Below the pieces are notes generated by a model, which was not told the origin of the DNA, searched no databases, and worked only from the letters and a program-made list of their open reading frames with translations. The translations under genes and the position numbers were made by a program. 64,000 nucleotides of DNA, from contig NC_058368.1 in assembly GCF_018350175.1 (NCBI RefSeq), positions 9,982,001-10,046,000 of the forward strand, read 5' to 3'. Of this stretch, positions 35,179-47,124 are shown piece after piece; positions within the stretch are counted from its first letter, which is position 1, and every line of letters starts with the position of its first letter. Origin of the DNA: Felis catus (lineage: Eukaryota).

Positions 35179-36369
35179 GTGAAGACGCCGAGAAACACAG
35201 AAGCCTTCCGCGACATGTGCTGAGGGCCATAAAGCACTTTCTATGTAGAAGATCTTAATGTCCCCCGTAGCTTCAAGCACTCGGGAGGTGCTCAGTGAAT
35301 GCTTTTGAGTTACTGAAGTGACTCTTACAAAGTGAAGTGAATTGTCCCAGGAGCTACTGCAATACTTGCTCGGAAATCTAAAAAACAGTTTTCCAGCGTT
35401 GTTTATTGTCTTTGAATTCTAGAGGCCCTCTTCGTCTCATTTTTTCAATGATCCTGTGAGCATTGGACCACTGCTTAGTTACTGGTTATTCCCTAGGAGC
35501 TCTCCACGAGGCGGCATAACCTTGTTTACCATCTCAGGGAACAAGGTCGTCCTGACTATCCCTGAATAAGAAAGTATTGCATTCCGGCTGCAACGAAAAC
35601 AGTGACCGGACAGATCCTTCTGTCTGGGAATGTGGATCGGAGGCACGAAGTTTCTATTCCCAGGCCGCCATCCCTTCGTTCAGCCTGCCATTTAGCGTTT
35701 GTTGCGTGCCTTCCGTGGGCCAACCCTTGGACGACAACCCTTGGAGCGCCTCGGCGGAGCTCACCGTTTGCAGAGGGGACGAGTGTCTACACGTGCAATT
35801 ATGAGGTCGTCCGGAAGGAGTAGGACCGGGTGAGAAGAAGGCTGTGCCAGTCTGGCTGCATCTGAAGAGCCGAGGCGCCGACCCAGGTAAGGAGGAACTT
35901 CCAGAAGTAAATGTGGCTGCCGGCGATCCAGGGAACAGAGGGCGGAAGGGCCTGCGGTGGCCGGTGGATCCAGAGGTCTGTGTGCGAAGCAGAGGGACAG
36001 TGCCTGCAAATGGGCGGGGCTTGAAGATGAAGGTAGGGTGGGCTTCCTCTCTCTCTGCCTGGAGGTAGCACAGTACCTCAATCCTGCATCTATTTTCTTT
36101 TGTCTCTGATGTCCTTCCATTCCCTTGAGTCTTAATATATACATCTTTTGAGATAGCACAGAACATATTTTCCCAGTGGGCATCCACGAGGCATCAGGAA
36201 GGGGTTTAGCATCGACCTAGTCGGGAAGCTCGGAGGCATTCCCTGGAGACAGGAGCCTTCTCCCTGGTCTCAAGGATAGCCAGTCTCCGAGAGCATGTCA
36301 CCGGCAAGGCTTCCGGGTTAAAAAGAGCAGGACTGGTTCCCTTTCTCCATTGGTACAGGGCCCGACTCT

Positions 36370-36550
36370 GGCTTCGTCCCCTGGTTCCGGCGCTGAGTAG
36401 CCGTAAAACTCTGAGGACACTATTTCACCTCTCTGACCTCTGTTTCTTGGTGACAACCACAGTGTCTTCTCTGGCTGTTGTAAGGATTAAAACATTCCGT
36501 GCATGCGAAGTTCTTAGCCTAGCGCCTGGAGCTTAATGGGCACACAAGAA
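36370..36550 (+). mobile_element. MIR
   Basis: ttcacctctctgacctctgtttc, gctgttgtaaggattaaa, cttagcctagcgcctgg. Confidence 0.55.
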
Positions 36551-37169
36551 ATGTGCCAATTCCCTTCACTGGGAAGCTCTGCCCAAGGAAAGTGTTAATT
36601 ACCGTTGCTTTCTCTTCCTCCCGATTCAAGAATTTGTTTCCAAGACAATGAACAGACCGCAGGATTCTGCTACCTGACAGCCATCGGTAGCCAGCAGACT
36701 CCCCATCTTTGGCCTCAACGCTGTCTCTCGAAGCTGGGACCCTTAGGTGCCAGCGTGTTTCTCCATGGCTCCTGGTGCACCCAGATCCATGGTAGTTACG
36801 CAAGAGATGTGCATAAATATTTACCGCGCTCAGAGCCACCCCCAGCATGGGGGGGGGGCTCAGAAGAAAATCTGAGAGGCAAGGCAGCTCTGGCGACCTC
36901 CACCCCTAGCTTGGGGGATCATATGTCTCGAGGGGAGGTCTCATCGACAGACCGGGCAACTTGTTGCTTTGAGAATCGAGCGATAATTATCTCCGCTCAA
37001 CATCAGGAGCGACTGACTATCAGGGCACGACACATCACTGGTGGAACTTAGGCAGTTCGAATGGTTCCCTGACCCCGTTTCTCTGAGTGTGCAGGTACAC
37101 GCCCAAGTTCCTGGTGTGGACACCCAGCAAGAATGCTGCCGGCAGGCAGGGGAGGAATGGATCCGCTGA

Positions 37170-37360
37170 AGCACCAGCCAAGCACTTGGTATGAGATTTC
37201 ATCTCATTGATGCCGCAGGAACATCATGACTATTATTATTTTTTCTGTTTTGCAGGTAAGGCCATCTGTGGCTCAGAGGAGGAGACTAATGTACCCAAGA
37301 TCGCATATCTATAAAAGGCAGGGCCAGGATCTGGCTCCTGGCTCCTTGCCTCTAAAGGCT
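37170..37360 (-). mobile_element. MIR
   Basis: atttcatctcattgat, ctgttttgcaggtaaggccatctgtggctcagagagg, cccaagatcgca. Confidence 0.6.
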
Positions 37361-40300
37361 TGGCACAGAGGAAAGACGAACACAAGAAGAAAATCCCAGC
37401 ATCTTTGAAAGCCTCCCGAGGAGGTGGGTCCCACGTGGGTGCTACAGTGGCCAACAGGCCCCGGGTGCATCCGATAGTCAGAGGTTGAGAATTCTTTTTG
37501 CTACAGGCATCCCTGATCCCCGTGCCTGTCTGTAAATTTCTTCCACCCAATATGGCTCCCGCAGTGTCTCTCTAGGAGTGTGAATAGGATAGGGCCAGAC
37601 CCACATGCCAAACAGGCAGCCCCGGGGGGACAAAGGCCATCTCCAGGGTAACTGAAATCCACACTCGTAAGCACTTTGTGGAGAGACTCTAATACCCTCT
37701 TGGATTCTACCCGGGAGCACTGAGGTGAAGACACCAATGTGCGCAAGAAGATTCAGAGTCCAGAAGGCTGGCAGGCACAGCGTGCTGACTGCTCCATGGG
37801 GACAGCGTGCCTTGGGGGTCCCCTGTGGCCTTCGGGCCTGCCCTCTCCAATGGGAGCCCAGTATTTCTATACCTGGAGAGAAAGCCTTCGGGGACCGTCA
37901 CAGGAGGCCAGGAGGCCTGCGTGCCTCAGGGGCTCAGAGGCAGGTGCAGGAACCCTTCCTGGTCTTTCCTGCCATTCCCCCTACCCTCCGAAGAAATCCT
38001 GAGTTTGTAGCGGGCAGTGCTGGTGGCGGTCGCGGTGGGGGAGAGTCTGTATTTTTAACAAGCTTTGCCGGTGATTTTGATGTGGGAGGTCTGTGGGCCC
38101 TATTTTGAAAACTCCCGCTTTCCCCGCCGACACAGCTTCCAGTGGATTCTCTGGCCACGGTGACACTTCTGAGAGCCATTTGGAGTCTCAGGACATTCTC
38201 TAGGAAACAAATCTATGCCGAAGTCCGTAGGAATCTTTACCGGACTCATCATCGGGGAGTTGTGGAGGGCCCTGTTAAGGCCCTGGGGGCTGGGCTGTGC
38301 AGGGAGCAGTGCCCTGACCAAGAATAGCGTCCCCTCTCCTTCCCCCAGAGCCCACCCAGAGATGGCCAAGCAGGGGTTCGGAGCAGGAGGGCGTCCCTGC
38401 AGGGTTAAGGCCCTGAAAGGGTTAACGGTCTCCCCAGAAGCCTGGGTTCCAAGGAGAGTTGGAGCACTGGGCCTTTCTGCTGGCCCGCTGGGCCCACCAG
38501 CCAGCACCTCTGTTCTGGTGCCTGCCCCCTCGGGGCTGAGACCCTGAGCCTCCCCCCTTCTCCCTTCCCCCAGGCGGGGTGCTCCGTTCAGGACACAGTT
38601 AGCCAGAACCCTCGGGACAAAGAAGCTTCCTTTGAGAAACACATGCTTGGAGGGGGACTAGGTCTGTGTCTACACAACAACGCTTCCCAGTGTTCTGAAA
38701 AGGAAAACAAAATAAACAAATGTGTGAGGTAGCGATGAAGACATTCAAAATATTTCCCTCTAGAGCCGGAGAAACCTGACGGCGAAAAAACAGAACTGAT
38801 TTTGCTGCCCCCCCTCCCCCACCTTACACCCGCTTCAATTTAGGCTCCTTGTTGCTTTCTGGATCTTTCAGGGTTATAACCGCTATCTCAATGACTAATA
38901 GAGAACTCCATTAGGCCCTTTCTTTATGAAGGGAATTAATGACTTCGAAAATTTAGTGCTTTGTAAACATAGTAGGGGAAGCATTTCCCCAGGCTCGCGG
39001 ATTCCTTGGCAGGGAGGGAAGCTGGTTAGGAAAGTAAATGTTTCCAGCTTGCCGAGAGGCCCCCCCTTCACCGAGCACTGTCTGCTTCTTGTAAAGCCCG
39101 GCCCCACGACACTGGGGTGTTTCAGAGTCCTAAAAAAAGGAGTCAGAGTAAAACCAAAAGAAGCAAGAGCCAGAGAGAATGAGACGCATCTGCAGAGTCG
39201 AAAAAAAGACCAACTGGTGGGATTTTCTAACATAGATGAATTTTTTCCGGTAAAAATGTGCGTCCTCGGTACATGCACCTTTTGACCCGAATTAGAGAAA
39301 TCGGTTGTTTACCCAGCCCAAACCCACAGACTAATCACCCTCTCTGTTCTCTTAAATTTGTAGGCCTGGCCAATGACATAACACCTTCAGCAATGAAAAA
39401 CCTCTCAGGAAAAAAAATAAAAGAAAAGAAGAAAAAAATAAAAAGCCTCTCAGGACAGACATTCAGAAGCGAGCCCGGGAAAGCGAGCCCGGGACTGTGG
39501 GATCAGGACGGTGGGGTTTCATTGCTGGCATCCACATGGCAAGTTGCTAACACTTGAGGGAGGGGAGGTGATGGGGGAGAGAAGGGAAAAACTTTCCTTG
39601 TCCACCAAGGCTTTCTCCTTCAAAGCTGCCTTCTCCAGAGACCAGCCTTTTCTGGCCCAGTCCCTTCCTCCTCAAGAAAACCGCAGCAACACCAGTTCAG
39701 CAAATGCTCACATCACTGAAAGTCAGTCAGTCCCACTCGAGGACCCGGGTAATGGAACTACCCAGGCCCGACCCAGGGGACTCATTCGTTCCTCCCCTGC
39801 ATCTTGGTTAGGTTGTGCTAACTCATTCGTTCATTTACCAAACAGGGCTGAGCACCTATTGTGTCCAGCTTGGGGTCAAACCTTTGAGATTCAGGAAAGG
39901 AGGCCTTCAAAAAGGCTACCAATCCTTGTAACAGCAACACCAGCAGCCAAAACGTGTACTGCTTTGGGAGTATCTGAGTTTTTGAGACAAACCGCTGTGA
40001 CTTTCTTAATCCGTTTCAAAGGGACCAGCCGGGTTGGCGAAACGATACTGCTGGTTTGCATGACTTAGGTCTTCTGAGAGAGAGAGAGAAGAAAAAAAAA
40101 AAAAAAGTTTAAATGTGTAAACCAAAGTGAGTTTTTTTAAACAACGAATCTGTTGCTTCAGCCGTCCGAGACGTTAGAATATACTTTCTGAAATTAGAAA
40201 ATCAGGAAAGTGAGGTTGGGTATGACATACAAAAGAGAAAAGTCTAGAAGACGCGACTTGGAGGTGTCCAGGTAACAGGGTAAGCAAATTAAGGGTGATA

Positions 40301-40454
40301 GGAAGTGGAAAGTTATTGGGACATGTCACCAGTCAGGCAGTCTGGCAGAGAACGTTAAAAGTCTCCTTTCCTGCCTAGGATCACACAGGTAACAAACATT
40401 CACGCACACTCCGGCCTGGTGCCGTGCCACAGGAAGGACGTATCTGATGTCTGT

Positions 40455-40780
40455 TTTATTTTATTTGCCGTTTGCCCTGTTCCACAAAGGATTTAAGGCA
40501 GTTTACAAAAGAGACACAAGCTATAAGCTTCATACACACTAAAAACAAGAGCAGGAGAAAAAAAAACAAAGAATGGAGACGTAACAAGGAGCCAGGAGTG
40601 AGGTGAGGAAAAATACAAAGTTTACCGAGCCGGTTGACAGACTTCCTTCCAAAGGGCCACAAGTCGGGCACCAGGAGTAAACAGAAAAGGGAAACGGATG
40701 AATGTTGAGATAAAAGCAGGTCAGCTGCTTAGGAAACCACTATTTTTGGAACCAAGGAAAGAGGGGCATTTCTCCTAAGC
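40455..40780 (-). mobile_element. Possible L4 (RTE-X) ancient LINE 3' fragment
   Basis: ttatttg...ctgttccacaaaggatttaaggcagtttacaaa resembles the recalled L4_Mam terminus. Confidence 0.4.
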
Positions 40781-41415
40781 GCCTTTCCTCACCCTCTGGT
40801 TAGTTACTAAGCCACAACCTTAATGGCATCCTGTGTCTGACCCACCCCTCCGGCAGTTCAGAATTTAGAACTGTGGCTCTTGCTTGAGATTTCCGTTCAC
40901 TTTTTCTTGGCGTGTCGTGTGCTCCTTGAACACCCCACACCTGGGAACATATTTATTCAATGTAGACCTACTTTGGTCCGGACGATGGAACCTTCCAGAA
41001 TCTGTCCTACACATTAGTGCAACAGTGTAGAAAATATCACCAGTGGCCCAATTTTTCAGCGCCCACATTGTAACGAAGGTGCTGACAATGTGCGTACTAA
41101 TCCAAAAAATCAGTACGAAGCAAGGCTACTCGACAGGTCTGGAGGATCTGGACACCATACCCAGGCAAGCCCCCCAAGCTTCAGCCTGTTTGAGGAGGGG
41201 ACAGGACTCGGCGGCATATAGGCAAACTTGAGACCCATCCCGGAGCTGATCTACACGCCCTGGAGACCGAAATGGGTGGTTTGATGTTTCAAAATGGTAA
41301 CAACCCTTCATTCTATCCATTAGCTGTTTTCCCTGCTCTGGTCACATTAAGCGTGTTTAATTGATGCTGTATGGAAGCTTCCTCATGTTAGAGGATAAAT
41401 AAGCTGTTCCCTTTA

Positions 41416-41534
41416 TTTATTTATTTATTTATTTATTTATTCAATATATGAAATTTATTGTCAAATTGGTTTCCATACAACGCCCAGTGCTCATCCCAAA
41501 AGGTGCCCTCCTCAATACCCATCACCCACCCCCC
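41416..41534 (-). mobile_element. Young, severely 5'-truncated feline L1 (3' end only) with 15-bp TSD
   Basis: caatatatgaaatttattgtcaaattggtttccatacaacgcccagtgctcatccc with a (TTTA)n tail; TSD aagctgttcccttta at 41401-41415 and 41535-41549. Confidence 0.9.
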
Positions 41535-41629
41535 AAGCTGTTCCCTTTAATAGAAGCCTGGAGCTTTCCTTGGGAGGAGGGCACTTTGGGAACAGCCTTC
41601 TCATTAAAGGGCCATGACAACCAAGGGTT

Positions 41630-41830
41630 TCCCCACCCGCGCCCTCTCGGACGCTCCCGGAGTAGGGAAGGGCGGACGCGCCCTCTAGTGGCCGCTTTCG
41701 GAACGTCCCCCTCGGGCGCGCTCTGCCGCTGCGGGCGCTCTGGGAGGAGAAGCCCGGCATCGCAGAGGTTAACCAAGAGCTTGCTGGAGGCCGCTTTGGC
41801 TCCTTCCAGCCAGGCTGAGCCTTTCCGGGA
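41630..41830. promoter_or_regulatory. CpG-dense patch with strong minus-strand CTCF motif (41678-41693)
   Basis: Reverse complement reads GGCCACTAGAGGGCGC; many CpGs retained relative to the flanks. Confidence 0.65.
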
Positions 41831-43998
41831 GGGTGATCGCAAAGAGGCCTGGGCTGATGGCAGGCAAGAAACCCTGTTAGTAAAGAGGCGGCGTAACCTC
41901 ACTGCACAGAGCAGCGTGCCTTTGCTGCAGGACCCCCCCCCCCCACCACCTGCCGCAGACCCCGGGGGTCTCCGCATCCCTGGGTTCTGTCTCTCTACAG
42001 CTAAGCCTCTCTCCCTTTACTGCGGAAGGCCTGGGACGCCCTTGCCAGCCAGGATTCCTTCAGACTGCCTCTGCCCCCTGATGCTGGCAGATTTTTCCTT
42101 TTCCTTCGCTGCTGCAGGATTCCCCGGACAACCCAGAGGTGGGATGGGGGTGGGGGTGGGGGGTCTTTCCGGCCTCCGACCTCAGGATGACCCTTCCTAT
42201 TATTGAAACCTAGCTAAGAATTTAATAGGTTTTTGCAAATGAGCCCGGGGAACCATTTCTAATAGGATTTCCGCCAGAAAATGTTCCCAAATTTTAAACA
42301 ACCATCATGCATATAATTCATTCATGAGATAAAGACTTCCCTTGCTTCTCCTGCCCAACATCCCTCTGGCTCTCTTCCGCAGGTCAAGTTCATGGACTCC
42401 TATTTCCTAGGTCAAGGGCGAGGGGCCCCTGGTGTGGCTTAGGCTGGGCCACTTGGATCTGGATCTACCTGGGCAAGTCTGATGGACGGTGAGGAGGATG
42501 GGCCAGAAGCTGGGTGCAGTGGCTACCCAGGGCATGTAAAGGGCACCGGGGTGTACCGCTCAGACCCCCTTCCAGGAAGGGCTCAGGCCCCGGCCACAAT
42601 GAGCATGGCGGGGTGACGGGTCCTTCAGGATAGACCTCAGCTTTCAAACCTGGCCCTACTCTGCTTAGGACTGCGGAGGCCAACATGTGGTCCAGGGGCC
42701 CAGCGCTTCTGTCCAGCGTGGGACCCTTCTGCTAGTCGTCTGTGCTCCAGAACCCCAGCGGGCAGCTCCTGGGTAGGTTTCCCTCCTGCCTGACTGTTCT
42801 GTTTCTCCAACACCCCCCCACCCCCACCCCCCTCCCCCGTCTCTCCTGCAGGAGTTTCTCAGCTACCCCCTGCATGCCTAACTCCAGCTTGGGGCCTTTT
42901 CTGGAGAGCCCAGCCCAATAGATTGATGTATCCGATGGAATCAATGCCAGGGTCCCTGACGTTTGGGGGATTGCAAACCCCTTTTGAGAACAGGACACTA
43001 ACTGTGGAAGTCTCCCCAAGAAATGCGTGCTCGCGTGGGCGCACACACGCTCAGTTTCGCAGACTGCAGACCCCCCAGCCTCCCAGGGGCCTTCGCGGTC
43101 ACGTTGAGAACCCCGGACTTGAGGGAGGTGGGGAGGGTGGGAGGGCTGGAGGGCTGGAAGGGAGGGGGAGGGGAGAAGGGGGCGGGGAGAGCTAATGGCA
43201 GAGCTTCAAGCATTTGGAGAGGAGGCTTAATTCTAATTTCTGCCTCAGATCTGACCCTCAGCGCAGCCTCCCATGAGCTCCTGGATGCGGTGAGAAAAAA
43301 ATCGGAAGCCAATTCCCTTAAGTGCTCCGCAAGGCCCTGGAGGCAGGCTGCCCGGCTTGGCCCCATATGGCTCTGGCACAATGAGGGCTCAGAGAGCAGA
43401 CTGGCTCGGCCTTGGAGTGCAGGGGCCCAGTCGCCCATCTGGCAGGGGTGGGGGAAGGGACCCCCATTCTCTGGGGAGACCGCGGTAGACACACAGCACT
43501 TGCTATATCCCGGGCACAGAGAAGCCCTCACGTGTAGTGAGGGGCTGATTTAATGCACACGCAACCCCATGTGGAGTCACCTAAAGTGACTGATGCACAG
43601 AGAAGGTTGGCAACCTGCTAAAATCGCACAGCTAAAGAGCAGCAGAGGTAGGATCTGAACCCACGTTGTGTGGGTCTGTGTTTTTTTTTTATCCCTGTCT
43701 GTGCCGGCTCTGTGCTTGTCAAGAACTTAGACACTGGTGTCAGAGGGCTTTGGATACATTCCCAGCTCCTCCTCTGCCTAAGTCATGTGAGCTCACTAGG
43801 TTTCCTACCTCTTTGTGACTCAGTTCCCTCAACGCAGTAGAAAGTGATATTAATCCTACCTCATAGAGACGTGTGCGGTGTGAGTGAGCCAATCACGTCA
43901 AGGGTTTTTGCTGCCACACAGAAAAATGTTCCAAATGATGTGGCATACAGGTGAAGTCTTTGGACTTATGCCATCCACAGAGCTCGACCGACGTGCCC

Positions 43999-44000
<2 letters not shown>

Positions 44001-44038
<38 letters not shown>

Positions 44039-44275
44039 TTTCTTTTTTTTTAAGTTTATTTATTTATTTTGTGTGTGTGAGAGAGAGAGAGAAAAAACAC
44101 AAGTGGGGGAGGGGCAGAGAGAGAGGGAGGGAGGCACAGAATCCGAAGCGGGCTCCGGGCTCTGAGCTGGAAGCACAGAGCCCGATGTGGGGCTCGAACT
44201 CATGAACCGGGAGGTCACGACCTGAGCCGAGATCGAAAGTCAGACACGTAACCGACTGAGCCACCCAGGCGTCCC
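44001..44275 (-). mobile_element. CanSINE with (TTTC)n tail
   Basis: Reverse head gagccacccaggcgtccc. Confidence 0.9.
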
Positions 44276-45617
44276 TCAGAGTCCTTTGTGCCCCAACTCC
44301 TTAGGCCAGCTCAGCCCAGCCCAGCCACATAAAGCCTTGAGGTAGGAGGCCTGAATCCAGCCACAGAGTTCAGGAAACCAGGTGAGGTTTTTTCCACGGA
44401 TTCCTTGCCCGGCACGCAGCTCCAGGTCTCTCGATTGCCTCAGTGCTGTGTCTTCCAAGAGTTTCCGTGCCAGGAGCCTGCCCCAGCCCCTGCACATTCC
44501 TGCCAGTGCCTGAATTAATAATGCTGTCGTTGCCCTCAGAGACGAGGGACGTGTGGGAGAAGGCTGAGGGTACGCTGTCGTCCCCCCAGGCCTTCTGGAA
44601 AGCCAGAGTCAACCCACCCGAGGGGGAAGGGAGGCCCCACGGCTGTGTAGGTGCCACCTGCCTTACATCGGCCCAGTCTCCCAGTCTGTGGACTTAGAAC
44701 AGTTATGGGGAGTGTTGCTTGCTTTTGTCAAAGGATTCCCTTCTAGTGAGTTTAAAGGCCTGGGATTAATACAAATTTAATCAACACGAAACTTTTCTAC
44801 TACACATGTTTTTTGTGTGTAAGGGCATACGCACTCACAATCGGTAGCACTGAGCACCCGTTCCACAAAAATATTTCTACAGGCAGATGAAAGAGATTCT
44901 CAGTTGTGAAGACAGTTCTAAAGGCAGGTTAGATGAAAGCTAGGGGCTGAGGGTAGGGGCTGTGTAGACAGCAGAGTGCGGGATGCAGGACCGGGAAGAA
45001 AGGAGGATTTTTTTTTTTTTTTGGAATGGATTTTCCCCATTTAAAAAAATCACGTTTTTAAATTATGTTTTATAGATTTGTTTTAAAACATGATATGAAA
45101 TAATTAAACGCACAATGTAATTTCACTGTAGAATCTGAGTTCTATCAAATAGGACCTCAAATACTCAAACGCCTTCAATGGAGGCTTTTCTTAAGCGAAC
45201 TAAATTTCCGTGTCTTACTTCTCATTTCAGAATTCATTAATCCTGTCTCCTTAGAGGCCTTTCTCCCCCCTGGCATATCAAGGCATGAAGAGCGAGAGAG
45301 TGTGGTTCTCACATTAGCTGGAGCAAGGAGGTACCTCTAAGCACTAAAAGTAGCCAGTTCATCCTGAACTTTCTTTCTCTGTTTGCGGATTCAGAACTCA
45401 GCTCACTTAGGATCTTTCACTGAGAGGTTTTGTCCCTCTACCCCCGCAAGTAAATTGGTGCGCATGTATTTTTCCTAACAAACGACGTTTAATTAAATCC
45501 GTTAATTTGACGGTAAGTGCACCAGGAAGGTTTGCTTTTTAAAACTGCCCTAAAGTTAATACTTTTCATCTGTATTCTTTTCTGTTTGCTTTTACTGCAT
45601 AAATGGTCAGTGCTTAT

Positions 45618-45871
45618 GGGGCACCTGGGTGGCTCAGTCGGTTAAGCATCTGACTTCGGCTCAGGTCATGATCTCGAGGTTCGTGAGGTTGAGCCCCGCA
45701 TCGGGCTTTGTGCTGACAGCTCAGAGCCTGGAGCCTGCTTCGGATTCTGTGTCTCCCTCTCTCTCTGCTCCTCCCCAGCTCATGCTCTGTCTCTCTCTCT
45801 CTGTCAAAAATAAATAAACATTGAAAAAGAAAATATTTTTAAAAACATTAAAAAAACTTAAAAAAAAAAAT
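45618..45871 (+). mobile_element. SINEC_Fc flanked by a 77-bp direct repeat
   Basis: Repeats at 45541-45617 and 45872-45948 differ at four positions. Confidence 0.93.
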
Positions 45872-46019
45872 AAAACTGCCCTAAAGTTAACACCTTTCAT
45901 TTGTATTCTTTTCTGTTTGCTTTTACTGCACAAATGGTCAGTGCTTATGATATGCCAAGCACTTTATGGGAAAATAACATTGAACAAGATTATGTTGAAC
46001 AAAGCTTTTCTGAAGCTTT

Positions 46020-46130
46020 GATCTATCTACCTATTATCTATCTATCTATCTATCTATCGATCGATCTTCGGATCTATCGGTCTATCTATCTATCTATCCA
46101 TCTATCTATCTAAATATCTATCATCTATCA

Positions 46131-46170
<40 letters not shown>

Positions 46171-46349
46171 ATATCCGTCTATCAATTATCTACCAATCAT
46201 CCATCTATTTATCTGTCTATCTACTATATATCTATCTATCCGTCTATCGATCTATCATCAATCTATCTATGTATCTATCCGTCTATCTTCCTATCTATCT
46301 ATCCGTCTATCCATCTATTTATCAATCATCTATCAATTATCTATTTATG

Positions 46350-46381
<32 letters not shown>

Positions 46382-46482
46382 ATCTATTTTTCTTAGTAGG
46401 CTTCAGGCCCAGCACAGAGCCCAACGAGACCTGAGATGAGACCAAGAGTCAGACTCCCAACTGACCGAGCCACCGGGCGCTC
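46020..46482 (-). mobile_element. Short, degenerate CanSINE whose tail is a ~370-bp (TATC)n/GATA repeat
   Basis: SINE body at 46395-46482, repeat at 46021-46388, TSD ctgaagcttt at 46010-46019 and 46483-46492. Confidence 0.82.
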
Positions 46483-46559
46483 CTGAAGCTTTAATTTTAG
46501 GACGAGCAAACTTTTGAAATGAGTGAACTGATGTCAGAGTCTTCTAGTGGAGAGTGTGT

Positions 46560-47070
46560 CGTTAGAGGTAGGGGGCTACCAGGATGGGTCCCCTGGGAAG
46601 ACCTTCCAGTGGGGTGGGGGCGTCTGAGTTGAGATGTGAATGCCAGGGTAGAGCCAGCTGAGTAGACGTAGGGCAGGATGGCAAGGGTGAAGGCATGGAG
46701 TTGGGACAGGGTCAGTGAGTCCAGAGAACAGAAGCACCACGGTAGCTTGAGCCGAGTGAGGAAATGCCCCCAGAGTGGTTAGCAGGGCTCCGAGTGTCAT
46801 GCTCAGTGTAGGCTTTCACTGTCAAAGCCTCGGGAAGTTGTGGGAGACTTTTAAACTAGGAAGTGACTTGATCCGATTTATAAAGACCCTCTGTTGTCAA
46901 GGGTTTGCTGCAAATTAGTGTGGGGAAAAAGGGGAAGTGGGTCGTGGTATAGTTACAACAAGACTGGCCGTGGGTTGGTAAGTACTGAGGTGAGGCGATA
47001 GCTGGGGCTGGGGGATATTATACCCTCGTTTGTTCTGTGCGTGCTTGAAAACGGCTATTACAAAATACAC
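46560..47070. mobile_element. L2 fragment followed by an L1ME-like 3' fragment
   Basis: tctgagttgagatgtgaatg and aggaagtgacttgatccgattt (L2); aacaagactggccgtgggttggta and tgcttgaaaa (L1M). Confidence 0.5.
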
Positions 47071-47124
47071 GAGAGAAGTCTTTAAACTGCAAAAGAAACA
47101 AACTGGGGAAAGTACCCTCTAAAT

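Noticed and set aside
41448..42206. 252-aa ORF starting MKFIVKLVSIQRPVLIP
   Set aside because: It starts in the antisense strand of the L1 3' tail and runs through GC-rich stop-poor DNA; no recognisable domain or exon structure.
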